Part shown: in pieces, positions 27,310 to 39,047 of the stretch
Layout of the letters: every line of letters begins with the position of its first letter
How positions within the stretch are numbered: the stretch's first letter is position 1
Assembly: GCA_951406725.2 (NCBI GenBank)
Contig: OX597820.1
Location: 75,144,001-75,208,000 of the forward strand
Direction: 5' to 3'
DNA length: 64,000 nt
Source of the DNA: Octopus vulgaris
Lineage: Eukaryota
The notes under the pieces: model-generated
Seen by the model: the letters and a program-made list of their open reading frames with translations, nothing else
The model's database searches: none
What the model was told of the DNA's origin: nothing
Program-made: the position numbers and the translations under genes

Positions 27310-27665
27310 CACATAATTCTCTTGTACACGCTCACACATACACAGAGTTGAAACGCTGCTTGATTTTTCTTTTCAGCGTTGAATGTTCACCATCCTAATT
27401 CCATTGCGCGCGCACACAGAAATCCATAGCTCCCTTTTACATTGACACGCATATACTCAGACAGATTTGATAAGCTGTTTGGTTTTTATCAGCATTGAAT
27501 GTTCACCATCCCACTTCTATTCACACATACACACACGCGCGCGCACGCGCACGCACGCACACACACATAGCTCTCTTTTACATTCACGCACATATACTCA
27601 CACAGAGTTGTAACGCTCTTTGATATTTTTTTTCACCGTAGTATTTCCATTATCCCACTACCACT
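27310..27665 (+). repeat. Degenerate tandem repeat, about 3 units of 120-135 bp
   Basis: Recurrent CATAGCTC.CTTTTACATT, CAGAGTTG and TTGAATGTTCACCATCC blocks. Confidence 0.7.
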
Positions 27666-28147
27666 TCGCTGTCACTCCTTCCTTATTCATTTATCATCTC
27701 TTCCTTTCTCATTCATATGTTGCGACAAAGAAAGACACAACAGTATTATTAGAGTAGATTATTTTCTGCTATAGCAAAGTGACATGATGGCAGAATCGTC
27801 AGCACGTCTGACAAAATACTTACCAGCATTTCGCCCGTTTTTGCGTTCAGAGTTCAAATTGCGCACAGGTTGACTCTGGCTTTTATCATTTCGAAGTTGA
27901 CAAAATAAGTACCACTTGAATACTGGGACCGATTTAATCGATTAGCACTCTCTCTAGAAATCGTTGGCCTTAATCTGGAAATAATGGTTCCAGATTCTGG
28001 AATCATTACTTGCCGTTTTAGTAAGGCGTCGGACAGACAAAATCGGAGGCAGGCCAGGAAAATGCTTAGCAGCATTTCGTTCGTCTTCACGTCCCCTCAA
28101 AAATTCTTGGCCCTCTGCCAGAATTTGAAACCAATATTTCCTGCTTT

Positions 28148-28390
28148 GTGGAGGTACGTGGCTTAGTGGTTAAGGTGTCAGCATCATGATCGTAAGATTG
28201 TGGTTTCGATTCCTGGACCGGGAGACGCATTGTGTTCTTGAGCAAAACACTTCATTTCTCGTTGCTCCAGTCCACTTAGCTGGCAAAAATGAGTAGCGCT
28301 ACCATGGACTGGCGTCCCGTTCAGCTGGGGATCATATGCAATTGAAACCGTGAATCCAGGACCATGAGCCTGACTAGGCTTTAAAAGGGT
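28148..28390 (+). mobile_element. tRNA-derived SINE with CORE-like segment and ATGGACTGGCGTCCCGT 3' domain
   Basis: A box TGGCTTAGTGG, B box GTTTCGATTCC; homologous to 31012-31256 (-). Confidence 0.8.
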
Positions 28391-28396
28391 TCATTT

Positions 28397-28698
28397 GTGG
28401 AGGCGCAATCGCCCAGTGGGTAGGGCAGCGGACTCGCAGTCGGAGGATTGCGGTTTCGATTCCCAGACCGAGCGTTGTGTATTTATTGAGCGAAAACACC
28501 TAAAGCTCCACGAGGCTTTGGCAGGGGGTGGTGGCAAGCTCTGTTGTACTCTTTCGCCCCAACTTTCTCTCACTCATTCTTCCTGAATCTTGGGTTACGC
28601 TGCGATGGACGGGCGTCCCGTCCAGCTGGTGGGAACACATACGTCACAGAAACCGGGAAACCGGGCCCATGAGCCTGGCTAGGCTTGAAAAAAGCACA
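28397..28698 (+). mobile_element. tRNA(Arg)-like SINE sharing the same 3' domain
   Basis: GACTCGCAGTC anticodon-arm-like segment, GTTTCGATTCCC B box, tail GAAACCGGGCCCATGAGCCTGG. Confidence 0.75.
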
Positions 28699-29165
28699 TG
28701 AAAAATAAAACGTTCCTGCTTTAGTTTCGTTTTAGACTGTAGCAGTGAGATATATTCAAACAGTAAGACATGCAGTATTTAGTGTTGTCTTTCTTGCAGC
28801 GCTCGGACTGTCTTTCATTACTTTTGGTTTGAATAAATATCTATCACGTATTGATAAAAGCGTGTTGTCTAGTTATTAGGGGGTGTTGCTTGCACGATCG
28901 CAGTTATAATTACTGGACTGGATGGTGCGTTGTGTACTTGGGCAAATCACTTCATTTTATGTCGTTGCAGGAGTAATTCTTGTACGGGCTAGTGTCGCGT
29001 CCAGGGAGAATGTTTTAATCCTGGTCGCATGTATAACATGCAAAGCGGGTGATACTATGAAACCTACAGTTTGAGACAGAAGTATCAAAGGGTTAATGGC
29101 TGCTGCTGCCCCTGCTAGTAATGATGATAATGATGACGATAAAGAGAAGAATATCATATGTTTTT

Positions 29166-29485
29166 ATTCCTTTACTTATTTCAGTCATTTAGGAGCGGCG
29201 ATGCAGGAACACCGGCTTGAAGGGATATAGCCGAACAAAGCGACCCGAAGACTTACTTTTAAGCCTAGTACTTATACTCTTGGTATTGTAGCCCCACCGC
29301 TAAGTCACGGGGTCGTAAACACATTAGATACGAACACATATTTATATGACAGGCTTCTTTCAGCTTCCGTCTGCCAAATCCACTTACAAAGGTTTATTCG
29401 GCCCGAGGCTATAGTAGAGGACACCTAAGGTTCCGATCAGTGGGACTGAACTCGGGACCGTATGGTGGGGAAGAAAGCTTCTTAC
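29166..29485 (-). mobile_element. CORE-type SINE (OR-like)
   Basis: Family match. Confidence 0.8.
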
Positions 29486-29557
29486 CCCACAGCCACGCCT
29501 GCACGCTACACTCGGTATAATTGGTTATAACGATATTTCAAACAGTATTACCTTGTA

Positions 29558-29645
29558 CATTATTTACATTTGACGGGAATATGGTGTAGTGTTTAAGAGC
29601 ACGGGCTACTAACCCCAAGATTCCGAGTTCGATTCTAGACAGTGA

Positions 29646-29683
<38 letters not shown>

Positions 29684-30246
29684 GCCCTGATGCAGTACCA
29701 GACAGTGGCTCTCATGGCTTCTCATCTAAACTGATTGGAAGTGTTATCATGTGTATTCTTTTGTCTTGATATAAATGATGGGCTACAGCAAATATTCTGC
29801 TCAGTACCACAGATTTGCTTGTCAGTTGTTTGACCGTAACCATTTGACCATATCCCATAGTGGCTGATGAAAATGTGCATCTCTGATCATGAGCAGAAGT
29901 AGTGGGGGAGCATTATAGCCATGTATTGAAAGGAATTCTTGGAAGTTTGGATAATTCACTTTTGGAAACATGGGTGGTTCGTTCAACATCCTTAAACGAT
30001 CCTTATTCAGTGACCTTTTGAGCGGGATGGGCTACTCGACCAGAGGAAAATTCTAACTGGCCCCCACCTGCCAGGTTATGCGCTGTTTATCTTGATATGA
30101 GATCACCATGTCGCGCACATATGGTTGTGATGCATGAGCCTGGTGTACTCTTATCAGATGGGTAGTCATGATGGGTATACTGGGCTTCGTATATTTTTAC
30201 CCCAGTGATGGCATGCACTGCTCTCTCACTCAATAATAATTATAAT

Positions 30247-30294
<48 letters not shown>

Positions 30295-30477
30295 AATAAT
30301 AATAACATCGAAAAATACCTTAGGAATGACAACCCAGATTCAAAATTTCTCCAAGGCACCTGATGAAGCCTGGAGTGTATATCAGCCAAAATGTTAACAA
30401 CAAACAAGATGAGGACAAATAAATGTAAATAATGTAAATAAAGTACATAATTTCTCATCTCTTAAGTATAGAACTCT
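29558..30477 (+). mobile_element. Composite non-autonomous retroelement: inverted tail piece, tRNA-like head, (AAT)n, Penelope-like hammerhead tail; 14-bp TSD
   Basis: AGTATTACCTTGTA at 29544-29557 and 30478-30491; A box TGGTGTAGTG and B box GAGTTCGATTC (29625-29635); tail CACCTGATGAAG...CAGCC. Confidence 0.8.
29683..30231 (-). mobile_element. About 550-bp repeat nested in the (AAT)n tract of the composite element
   Basis: Flanked by (AAT)n on both sides and absent from the homologous copy at 37898-38290; orientation tentative. Confidence 0.65.
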
Positions 30478-31011
30478 AGTATTACCTTGTATTACTCAAA
30501 TAATATATTCGGTCAAATACCAGTGGTTGGAATTTCAAAGCTAAAATATTGCGCCTAAATGATTGAAAGTCTCTTGTATTAATTAGGAGGTGTGCAATAT
30601 TGTTTTCGTGGTTGCGCAAAATTTAATTGTTTCGTTAGTCGTCGTATTAATGGAATTGTCAAGATGGTGGCAGTGATAGTTACCGAAGAAAAAAGGGAGT
30701 CGAGGGTCTTTTTATCCTCTCGTCCAAGCGTGAAAATGAAAACCCTAATATCGACGAACCACCTGGTTATCAACCATTTCATGATGGACGCAATGAAATA
30801 TGAATGAAAGATTAGTTGTTGAGGGAATAATTTATCTCTTTTCAGCAAAATGTTTCAAAAAAATTTTAAGTCTAATTTCAGAGGATTAATGATCCCAACA
30901 TAATGCCTTCAGCATCTACAGTGATTGCAGAAATAATGTATTCAACAACTAAATCAACAGGTGAACGAAATAATTCATACGTGCATATATACATAAATAA
31001 AAAAATAAATA

Positions 31012-31256
31012 TTCCTTCTCGAGCCATGCCAGGCTCATGGGCCCGGTTTCCTGGTTTCAGTGACGTAGAAATTCCCCCACCTGGACGGGACGCCGGTCCG
31101 TCGCAGGATTACTCATTTTTGCCAGCTGAGTGGACTGGAGCAACGAGAAATTAAGTGTTTTGCTCAAGAACACAACACGTCGCCCGGTCCAGGAATCGAA
31201 ACCGCAACTTTACGATCATGAGTTCAACACCTTAACCACTAAGCCACGTTTCTCCA
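31012..31256 (-). mobile_element. tRNA-derived SINE (28148 family)
   Basis: Reverse complement of 28148-28390. Confidence 0.8.
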
Positions 31257-31269
31257 CACATACATACAT

Positions 31270-31405
31270 ACTTTTCGCTTATTCCTTTCTGTCGAAGAGC
31301 GTAGGTTCGAAACGCCAAAGACTTTTCCCTTGTTCTCCAGCGCCAAACTAATACACTTGTTTGTTGTTCCTCCACTTGTCTTCTCTTTCTTTTTCTATAA
31401 ATTTG

Positions 31406-31410
<5 letters not shown>
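31270..31410 (+). mobile_element. Penelope-like terminal fragment with degenerate hammerhead
   Basis: CTTT CTGTCGA A GAGC GTAG GTTC GAAAC GCC AAAG; homologous to 40497-40640 (-). Confidence 0.55.
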
Positions 31411-31439
<29 letters not shown>

Positions 31440-31452
31440 CTTTAGTCGTTTA

Positions 31453-31660
31453 TTCTTTTACTTGTTTTAGTCATTTTGACTGTGGCCATGCTGGAGCACC
31501 GCCTTTAGTTGAGCAAATCAAACCCAGGACTTATTCTTTGTAAGCCTAGTACTTATTATATCGGATCTCTTGCCGAAACGCTAATGTATGGGGACGTGAA
31601 AGCACCAACATCGGTTGTCAAGTGATGGTGGAGAGACAAACACACACATAAACATATCCA
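31453..31660 (-). mobile_element. 3' half of CORE-type SINE
   Basis: Family tail match. Confidence 0.8.
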
Positions 31661-31677
31661 TATATACATAATATATA

Positions 31678-31741
<64 letters not shown>

Positions 31742-31757
31742 GTATATATATATTTAT

Positions 31758-32252
31758 AAAAACTTAGATAAACATAGAAATGTTTCGACCAAAGATTGGC
31801 CATGTCTTACTTAATAGCAACACCTCATAGGATTATCTAAATCATTTTACAGTCAAGTTTTGTGGCATCGTGGTCCAATTAAGTAATGGTTTCTTGATGA
31901 GTGAGTTGTTTCCAGGTATAGGTGGTTTATCTGGTATTCCTTGAAGAAATTTGTCCAGACTCCGTTTAAAGGTGATGAGATCCATTTGAACTTTGATCAG
32001 TTTTCGGACATGTTAACAGGGAAGAAGGGCCTGTTGAGGAAAAGAAATTGTGTCGCAGTTTTCCCAGAAGTTGTGATCCTTAATTGGGCAGGGGACTGTG
32101 GCCCGTGATCCCAGCTTTGGATGAACCTTGAAGCTAATGTTCAGGTCGTTAGGGCAATGCTGGTGGTATAATGTACCGCTCGCTGGAGAGAGTTGAGTTT
32201 CAAGGCTTTAAGTCAGTCCCAGTAATAGAGATCAGTGATGCTCTTAATTCGT
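31758..32252 (-). mobile_element. CR1-clade LINE 3' fragment
   Basis: Minus translation pieces RIKSITDLYYWD*LKALKLNSLQR and ITFKRSLDKFLQGIPDKPPIPG match the Y..RL..L.L.SL..R and FK..LD.FL C-terminal motifs; second copy at 45177-45480. Confidence 0.75.
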
Positions 32253-32636
32253 ATATATAATTATTTATGTATATATATGTGCCTTTTGGGGAAATCTCTT
32301 TGTATATTGATAAAAAGAAAGCGGTAGAAGTTAAAATGACTTGGGTGCAAAACAACCACAAAAAATCCGTTTGTGGCAAAATCCCCGAAACCCCGAAACA
32401 TTACTTTCTACAATTAACAACGAAATCACCAGAGATCAGTGATGCTCTTAATTCGTATATATAATTATTTATGTATATATATGTGCCTTTTGGGGAAATC
32501 TCTTTGTATATTGATAAAAAGAAAGCGGTAGAAGTTAAAATGACTTGGGTGCAAAACAACCACAAAAAATCCGTTTGTGGCAAAATCCCCGAAACCCCGA
32601 AACATTACTTTCTACAATTAACAACGAAATCACCAG
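32227..32636 (+). repeat. Perfect 204-bp tandem duplication
   Basis: 32227-32430 equals 32431-32634, with AG microhomology at the junction. Confidence 0.95.
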
Positions 32637-33092
32637 CTACTCATCGTGGTCTTTCAATAGAAATATACTGGATACGCAGTCAAAGATATAGAACTGAAAA
32701 GATGATATTGGAATTACTGACGTAACTGAAACTCGTTGGATCACAAGACATTTTGAATAGGGAAACCGCAAAAGAAAACCGCTAGGCAGCTTTTGATTGA
32801 CTACTGAACATAAAACAAAGGTTGTGGGCAGGGCAGTAGTTATACCCGCATTGCTATGCAGAATCAATCAATATTTTCAAGTACCTCTGAAACGGGGAGC
32901 TGGCTGTGAATTGGGGCGACCCGCTTTCTAGCAAATTTGCTAACAGAGTAGTGAAATTGTCGAGAATGTCTCCGCTGAATAAGCTTGTGTTCACACCGCA
33001 ATATAATCAGAGCCCAAAAGCTGCTAGAAACAACCCACCATTTTAATTCAAAGTAACCTAGAATCTATATTTTTCTTATCTGTATGTATTAT

Positions 33093-33270
<178 letters not shown>

Positions 33271-33348
33271 ATCGATTGAGTGATCTGTGTGTATGTATTG
33301 TTTGCCTTTCACTCTCTTTTCTATCTCATAACACAAACATACACACAC

Positions 33349-33387
<39 letters not shown>

Positions 33388-34857
33388 CGTATAACGAGTG
33401 AGAGAAAGAGAGGGAAAATTCATATTTTCCTTTTTTTGGGAGGTTCGTATTTATGATTGAAAATGGAAGCAAATAAAGAAACTTTGATCAAGGGATAAAT
33501 TTATTGCTAACCAATCCCAAGTATTTATCTTCGTTCTCTGAGACACACTGTAGAGAATTCTTTGATATCAGAATGCATTAGTTGTATAACTTGACCTAAT
33601 AAAGGGCCTCTATATTTTTGCTTGAACATCAAAAACTTGAAGCCAGATCTCTTAAAATTCACTTTGATATCTTGAAGAAGAAAACAGAAACATCAGGGCT
33701 GGAATTTGTATATAGGTTTCCTTGCAGGTCAAACAAAACTAGTATGAAAAATGACAGCATATAACTTAAATGTTATTGCACTATTGATAGCTACGTGTAA
33801 GGTGGCGAGCTAACAGTATCATTATGTGTCTTTCTGATGCACTACAAGAGGTTGTGTCACACAAAAGAAAACATTGAAAAATTGAAAGAGTTAACTATAA
33901 ACTCATTGGATTTTGTTTTTTGTTGCGTATAACATTTCGTTCACCCTCGAGATCTGTAGTACCTCTCATGTAAACAATGTTGACAATGAATCGGTAAATA
34001 TCCATATAATTGTAGGACGTCACACAGAGACTGAGATTCAATCTCTCCGGCGAAGGAGAAAATAAAAATCAAAACGAAAAAAAAATTGAATATTAATCTG
34101 TACATATATGACGACATCTTCAAGCATATATTAACCTCCGATTCAAGTATGAAACTAACATAACGCCTGCAAATATACTTTATAGTACATTTCTTTTCAA
34201 CTTACATTGCAGTCTTCTGTATATCACACTGGTTTATACGCTTCAACATACACATTACGTTAAAATTATACTTCTTGTTTTTCACGACATAAGAAGCTAT
34301 TTTCTTTTGTCTTTCATCTCTCTCTGCAACTCACAAATAAAGACAGAAAAATATACATACATACACATATACATGCGTATACTTTTACATAAATATGTTG
34401 GACAACACCAAGTGAACGGTGAAGAAGCGGGCGACATTTTTTCAAGAGTATACTCAACATTTATATAATAGGCGAAAATTAGGTAAAGATCTTTTGTATA
34501 AATATTCTGAGTGTACAACGAAGGCTAACTGGACTAACGTTCTGAAACAGAAACTTGGAGGAGGAACACTCAATATATTGGCTAAAGGTGTATATACCTC
34601 AAGATAGAAAACAATATAACACTAAGAAAAGTTGTTTTCTCTGTGACAAATTGATCATATTTCACATAGAAGGTTAGGCCATTGCTATCCACGAAAATAT
34701 TTCAGTTACTAAATATCTGTTAGCAAGAAAGATAAGGATGCTTCTAATCCTCTAGGTTGTGAAAGAAAATGTCGATTGTGACATCCTCTTTGAAAATGTC
34801 CGCCTCCTTCACATGATTTGTGGCATTGTCTTAAAGAAAATAACAACTAGAATGCTC

Positions 34858-35134
34858 TTCTATATTTAAGAGATGAGGAATTATGCACATTATTTACATT
34901 ATTTAAAATTGACGGATATTTGTCCTCATCTTGTTTGTTGTTAACACAACGTTTCGGCTGATATACATTCCAGCCTTCTTCGGGTATCTTGGGGAAATTT
35001 CGAACCTGAAAACCCAGGTTCGAAATTTCCTCAAGACACCTGATGAAGGCTGGAGGGTATATCAACCAAATCGTTGTGTTAACAACAAACAAGATGAGGA
35101 AATATATCCGTCAAATGTAAATAATGTAAATAAT
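34858..35134. mobile_element. Inverted pair of Penelope-like hammerhead-bearing tails
   Basis: Arms about 34889-35008 and 35015-35134; same tail sequence as 30330-30475 and 37898-38005. Confidence 0.85.
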
Positions 35135-35439
35135 TGAAATGCTGTCCAGAAGAAGGATTATTCTGATGGATAAATACTATTCCCATGGGTAGAAGTAAAA
35201 TGTCGTACATTGTTCTCACGAACAGCGAGCAAAAATCCTATAATAATCCACTTATCAACTACCTTAAGAACATGAAAGCCGCCCACAAAAAAGCTGCTAT
35301 TTTGAGGCGACACATTTAATTTTGGCAATTGAAAGAAATCGCTCTAGGTTACAATAGATTCATAAAACAGGAAACATGATTATCCTAGTAGAAGCAGTCG
35401 AGTTTTATCTCGATTTAAATGAAGAGTAATAGGGAAGAA

Positions 35440-35760
35440 AGACTAACTATATTCCTATAAGCCTCTTGTTTCATTTAAACAAGAATTTTACAAAAATATT
35501 GATACATCTCGTTGATCAACAACCAAATACGCAAGTAGCTATTCGACAGACAGCGTACATTCAGTCTAACAACTTCCTGAATTAGCGAAATATTACAAGC
35601 ACCCCTCTTGATATCATCTTCTTAGATTGCAAAAACGTATTTGATAACACCGAGAGGAATACTATGCTGAAGTCCCTGGAAATGCAAGAAGTTGATTGAA
35701 AAATCTCTCAAGGAAAGGATCTTGAGTTATACAAATGATATAATTCCCTTGTTGCCAACC
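35440..35760 (+). pseudogene. Decayed RTE-like reverse transcriptase fragment
   Basis: NYIPISLLFHLNKNFTKIL resembles NYRPISLL; PLDIIFLDCKNVFDNTERNTMLKSLEMQEV resembles L..FID..KAFDS; stops and frameshifts present. Confidence 0.7.
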
Positions 35761-36367
35761 AATGAGATTTCCAATCAAGAAGGGAATCCAAGAAGAAGAT
35801 ACTATGCTTCGAAAGCTCGTCCCGACTTCAATACAAAAGGGACAGTGGAGATATTGACTGGAAAGATGATGAAAACCCCAACAGTGAACTAACAGGTCTA
35901 CAGCTATCAAACAATATCATGTACATCACAGAAACCTCAGATCAATAGTGAAAGAGGTTCAGAGACGAGACAACATCAGTTAACAACTGAAACTCAAAAT
36001 AAACTTGACACTAAACACTTTTGAAGCTTTGCGGCTGCTTCACTTGCATCAAATCTCGTCAAGATACGTGGCTACTATGCACTTTGCTTGGCGCAACAAT
36101 ATATTCTTCAAACAGGAAATTCATAAACTAAATTATAGGTATTAGTCTTGAGAACCTCTTCATGGTGATTATGCTTCGGCTAAAGCTACCATTTTTATAG
36201 TATTTATGCCGCAAAACGGCTAAACCTAATAGACTTTACAAAATAATACACACAGATACACATCCACACAGACACACATACACACACACGCACATATATA
36301 CATATCTGTGTGTACGTGTGTGCGTGTGTCCGTGTCTATATATAGGTTATTCTTAAACAATACGGAA

Positions 36368-36454
36368 AACAGTGAATTCGAAGTTTCGGCCTCTTAAGCC
36401 ATCGTCGGACTGCCGATGATGGCTTCAGTGGTCGACTACTTCGAAGCCACTGTT
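36368..36454. repeat. Short inverted repeat with hammerhead-like cores
   Basis: AACAGTG...GTTTCGGCC...CCATCGTCGG / CCGATGATGGC...CACTGTT; a related degenerate hairpin lies at about 41690-41757. Confidence 0.7.
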
Positions 36455-36580
36455 AACAGAATAAGCTTGTTCACTACAAGTGTTGAGTAATCCCTCATAT
36501 TACTCAGAAATTCTTTTCATTATAACTAAACATCAGAAAGTATTACCATGTCTCTGTCTCTCTATCTATCTTTCTCTCTG

Positions 36581-36655
<75 letters not shown>

Positions 36656-36661
36656 CATATA

Positions 36662-37075
36662 GACGCTAGAATGGCTGTATGGTAAGAAGTCTGCTTACCA
36701 ACCAAGTGGTTGCGTGTTCTGTTTCAATGCGTAGCACCCTGGGCAAGTCACTTCTACAATAGCTTCGAGCTGACCAAAGCCTTGTAAGTGGATATAGTAG
36801 ACGGAAACTGAAAGAAGCCCGTCTTATATATATATATATATGTGTGTGTGTGCATATGTGTTTATATGTTTGTGTGCCTATGTCCCACCAACATCGCGTG
36901 ACAACCGATGCTGGAGTGTTTACGTATCTTTAAGTTAGAGGTTCGGCAAAGGAGCACGATAGCATACGTACTAGGCTTACAAAGAATAATACCCGGAGTC
37001 GATTTGTTCGACTAAAAGGCGGAGGTCCAGCATGAGTGCAGTCAAATGGCTGAAACAAGGAAAAGAAATAAAAGA
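36662..37075 (+). mobile_element. CORE-type SINE (OR-like)
   Basis: Family match. Confidence 0.85.
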
Positions 37076-37109
37076 AACATTGATAGATAGATTATTTATC
37101 ATTACTTAC

Positions 37110-37181
<72 letters not shown>

Positions 37182-37185
37182 GTGT

Positions 37186-37233
<48 letters not shown>

Positions 37234-37897
37234 GTACGTACATAGTTCTCCTTGAATGAGAATCTAAAGCACATACACTCGAATGTGACTTCAGCATCGT
37301 TGCCTAAAACATTGCTCACACACTACATATTATTATAACTACTTCAGAACATTACTCCATATCAGAAATACAAATGCATTGTAATAAATACCTGATACCT
37401 GAATTAAAAAAAAAAATAATAACAACAACAATAATAGAATAAAAGTGAATAAAATTTTCCAGAATATAATTCAATGAGTCATTTTGACAGCACATGCTAT
37501 TTTAGCCAAGTAATGAGTCAGGTGTCAGACACAAAAGCTGCTTTGTTGATGAAGAGGGTTTATTGTGGCAATGAAACAATTTATTGGTGATTTAGTCGCT
37601 CATATCAAAAGTGTAGGAGAGAGAAAGACCGAAGGAGATAATATATTTTAACACACATATACACAAATATTGTACAACAAAACGATACAATCACTTGGAA
37701 ATTTATATATATTAGTATATTTATTGATAATTTATTTTACTGAAGTAAATATAATTTAATAAATGTTTCTTAAGGAGTTTTGTTAATATTATATGATATA
37801 TAGTGTGGAAATCGCTTAGTGTAATCAATTTGGAACAGAAGCTTTACATTCGATTAAGAATGTCCGGCTGAAAACATTATACAACATATACAACACA

Positions 37898-38044
37898 GTT
37901 CTATATTTAAGAGATGAGGAATTATGTACTTTATTTACATTATTTACATTCGACGGATATTTGTCTTCATATTGTTAGTCTTGGAGAAATTTCGAACCTG
38001 GGTTCTCATTTCAAAGATATTTTTCGATGTTATTATTATTATTA

Positions 38045-38121
<77 letters not shown>

Positions 38122-38137
38122 GTTGTTGTTGTTATTA

Positions 38138-38211
<74 letters not shown>

Positions 38212-38320
38212 ATCAATGCCTGTAATCGAATTTGGAATCTTTATGCTAGTAACCCACGCTCTTAACCACTACACCATATGCCCGAGACATTTCCCCAACA
38301 CACCTGATGATGGCTGGAGA
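37898..38320 (-). mobile_element. Second copy of the tRNA-head/(AAT)n/Penelope-tail element
   Basis: Head at about 38210-38286 (-), (TTA)n 38030-38207, internally deleted tail 37898-38028, and an oppositely oriented tail piece ATTTCCCCAACACACCTGATGATGGCTGGA at about 38289-38318. Confidence 0.8.
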
Positions 38321-38324
38321 AACT

Positions 38325-38540
38325 AACACCGGTTGTCAAGAAGTCGTAAGGAAAAATCTGACGCAGAGATACACACACATACACGACTGGCTTCATTCAG
38401 ATTCCGTATATCAAATCCACTCACAAAGTTTTGGTCAACCCGCGTCTAAAGTACTATGCACTTGGAGAAATTTCGATGCAGTAGGGCTGAACCTAGAACC
38501 ATGCAGTTCAGAAGTAAACTTCTTACCATACTGACCCACA
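38325..38540 (-). mobile_element. 5' half of CORE-type SINE
   Basis: Degenerate family match. Confidence 0.65.
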
Positions 38541-38857
38541 CAGCACAATTATTTTCAACTATACTTGATTCTGTGGTGTTGTTTTAAACTTTCAAAGGAG
38601 CAGTCAATGGTGTCTTGACAACATTTTGTCTGCAAGGAAAAGATTTCTCCATGACAAACTGCAGTGAATAAACTTTTTTCAGGTTCAAATATATTTGAAA
38701 TGCTAACAAGTTTATATTTATGTTAATCACTGCTTAGGGCTTCTAATCTGTGTTTCAGAAGACTTTAACAAGCCCCAAACTACTTTTCAATCGTCTAGCT
38801 CGATTCTTACTTTGATTCGTTTGAAATATTTGCCAATGAAACGCCGCCTTTTTATGT

Positions 38858-39047
38858 TATTTAGCATCGGGCAATTGTTACTATCTGGTTACTCGTAGCC
38901 ATCAGCGCAGTAAATTTTCAGAACATTTTACGGAACCAAGCAGCTAAATATGTATTTAGTATCGGGCAATTGTTACTGTCTGTTTACTTGTAGTCATTAG
39001 AGAAGTAAATTTTGAGGATGTTTTACAGAACCAAGTCACTAAATATA
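38858..39047 (+). repeat. Diverged 95-bp tandem duplication
   Basis: TATTTAG.ATCGGGCAATTGTTACT at 38858 and 38953. Confidence 0.85.

Noticed and set aside
29574-29650. Possible tRNA gene (also other A/B-box segments)
   Set aside because: No complete acceptor stem; each continues into a SINE body.
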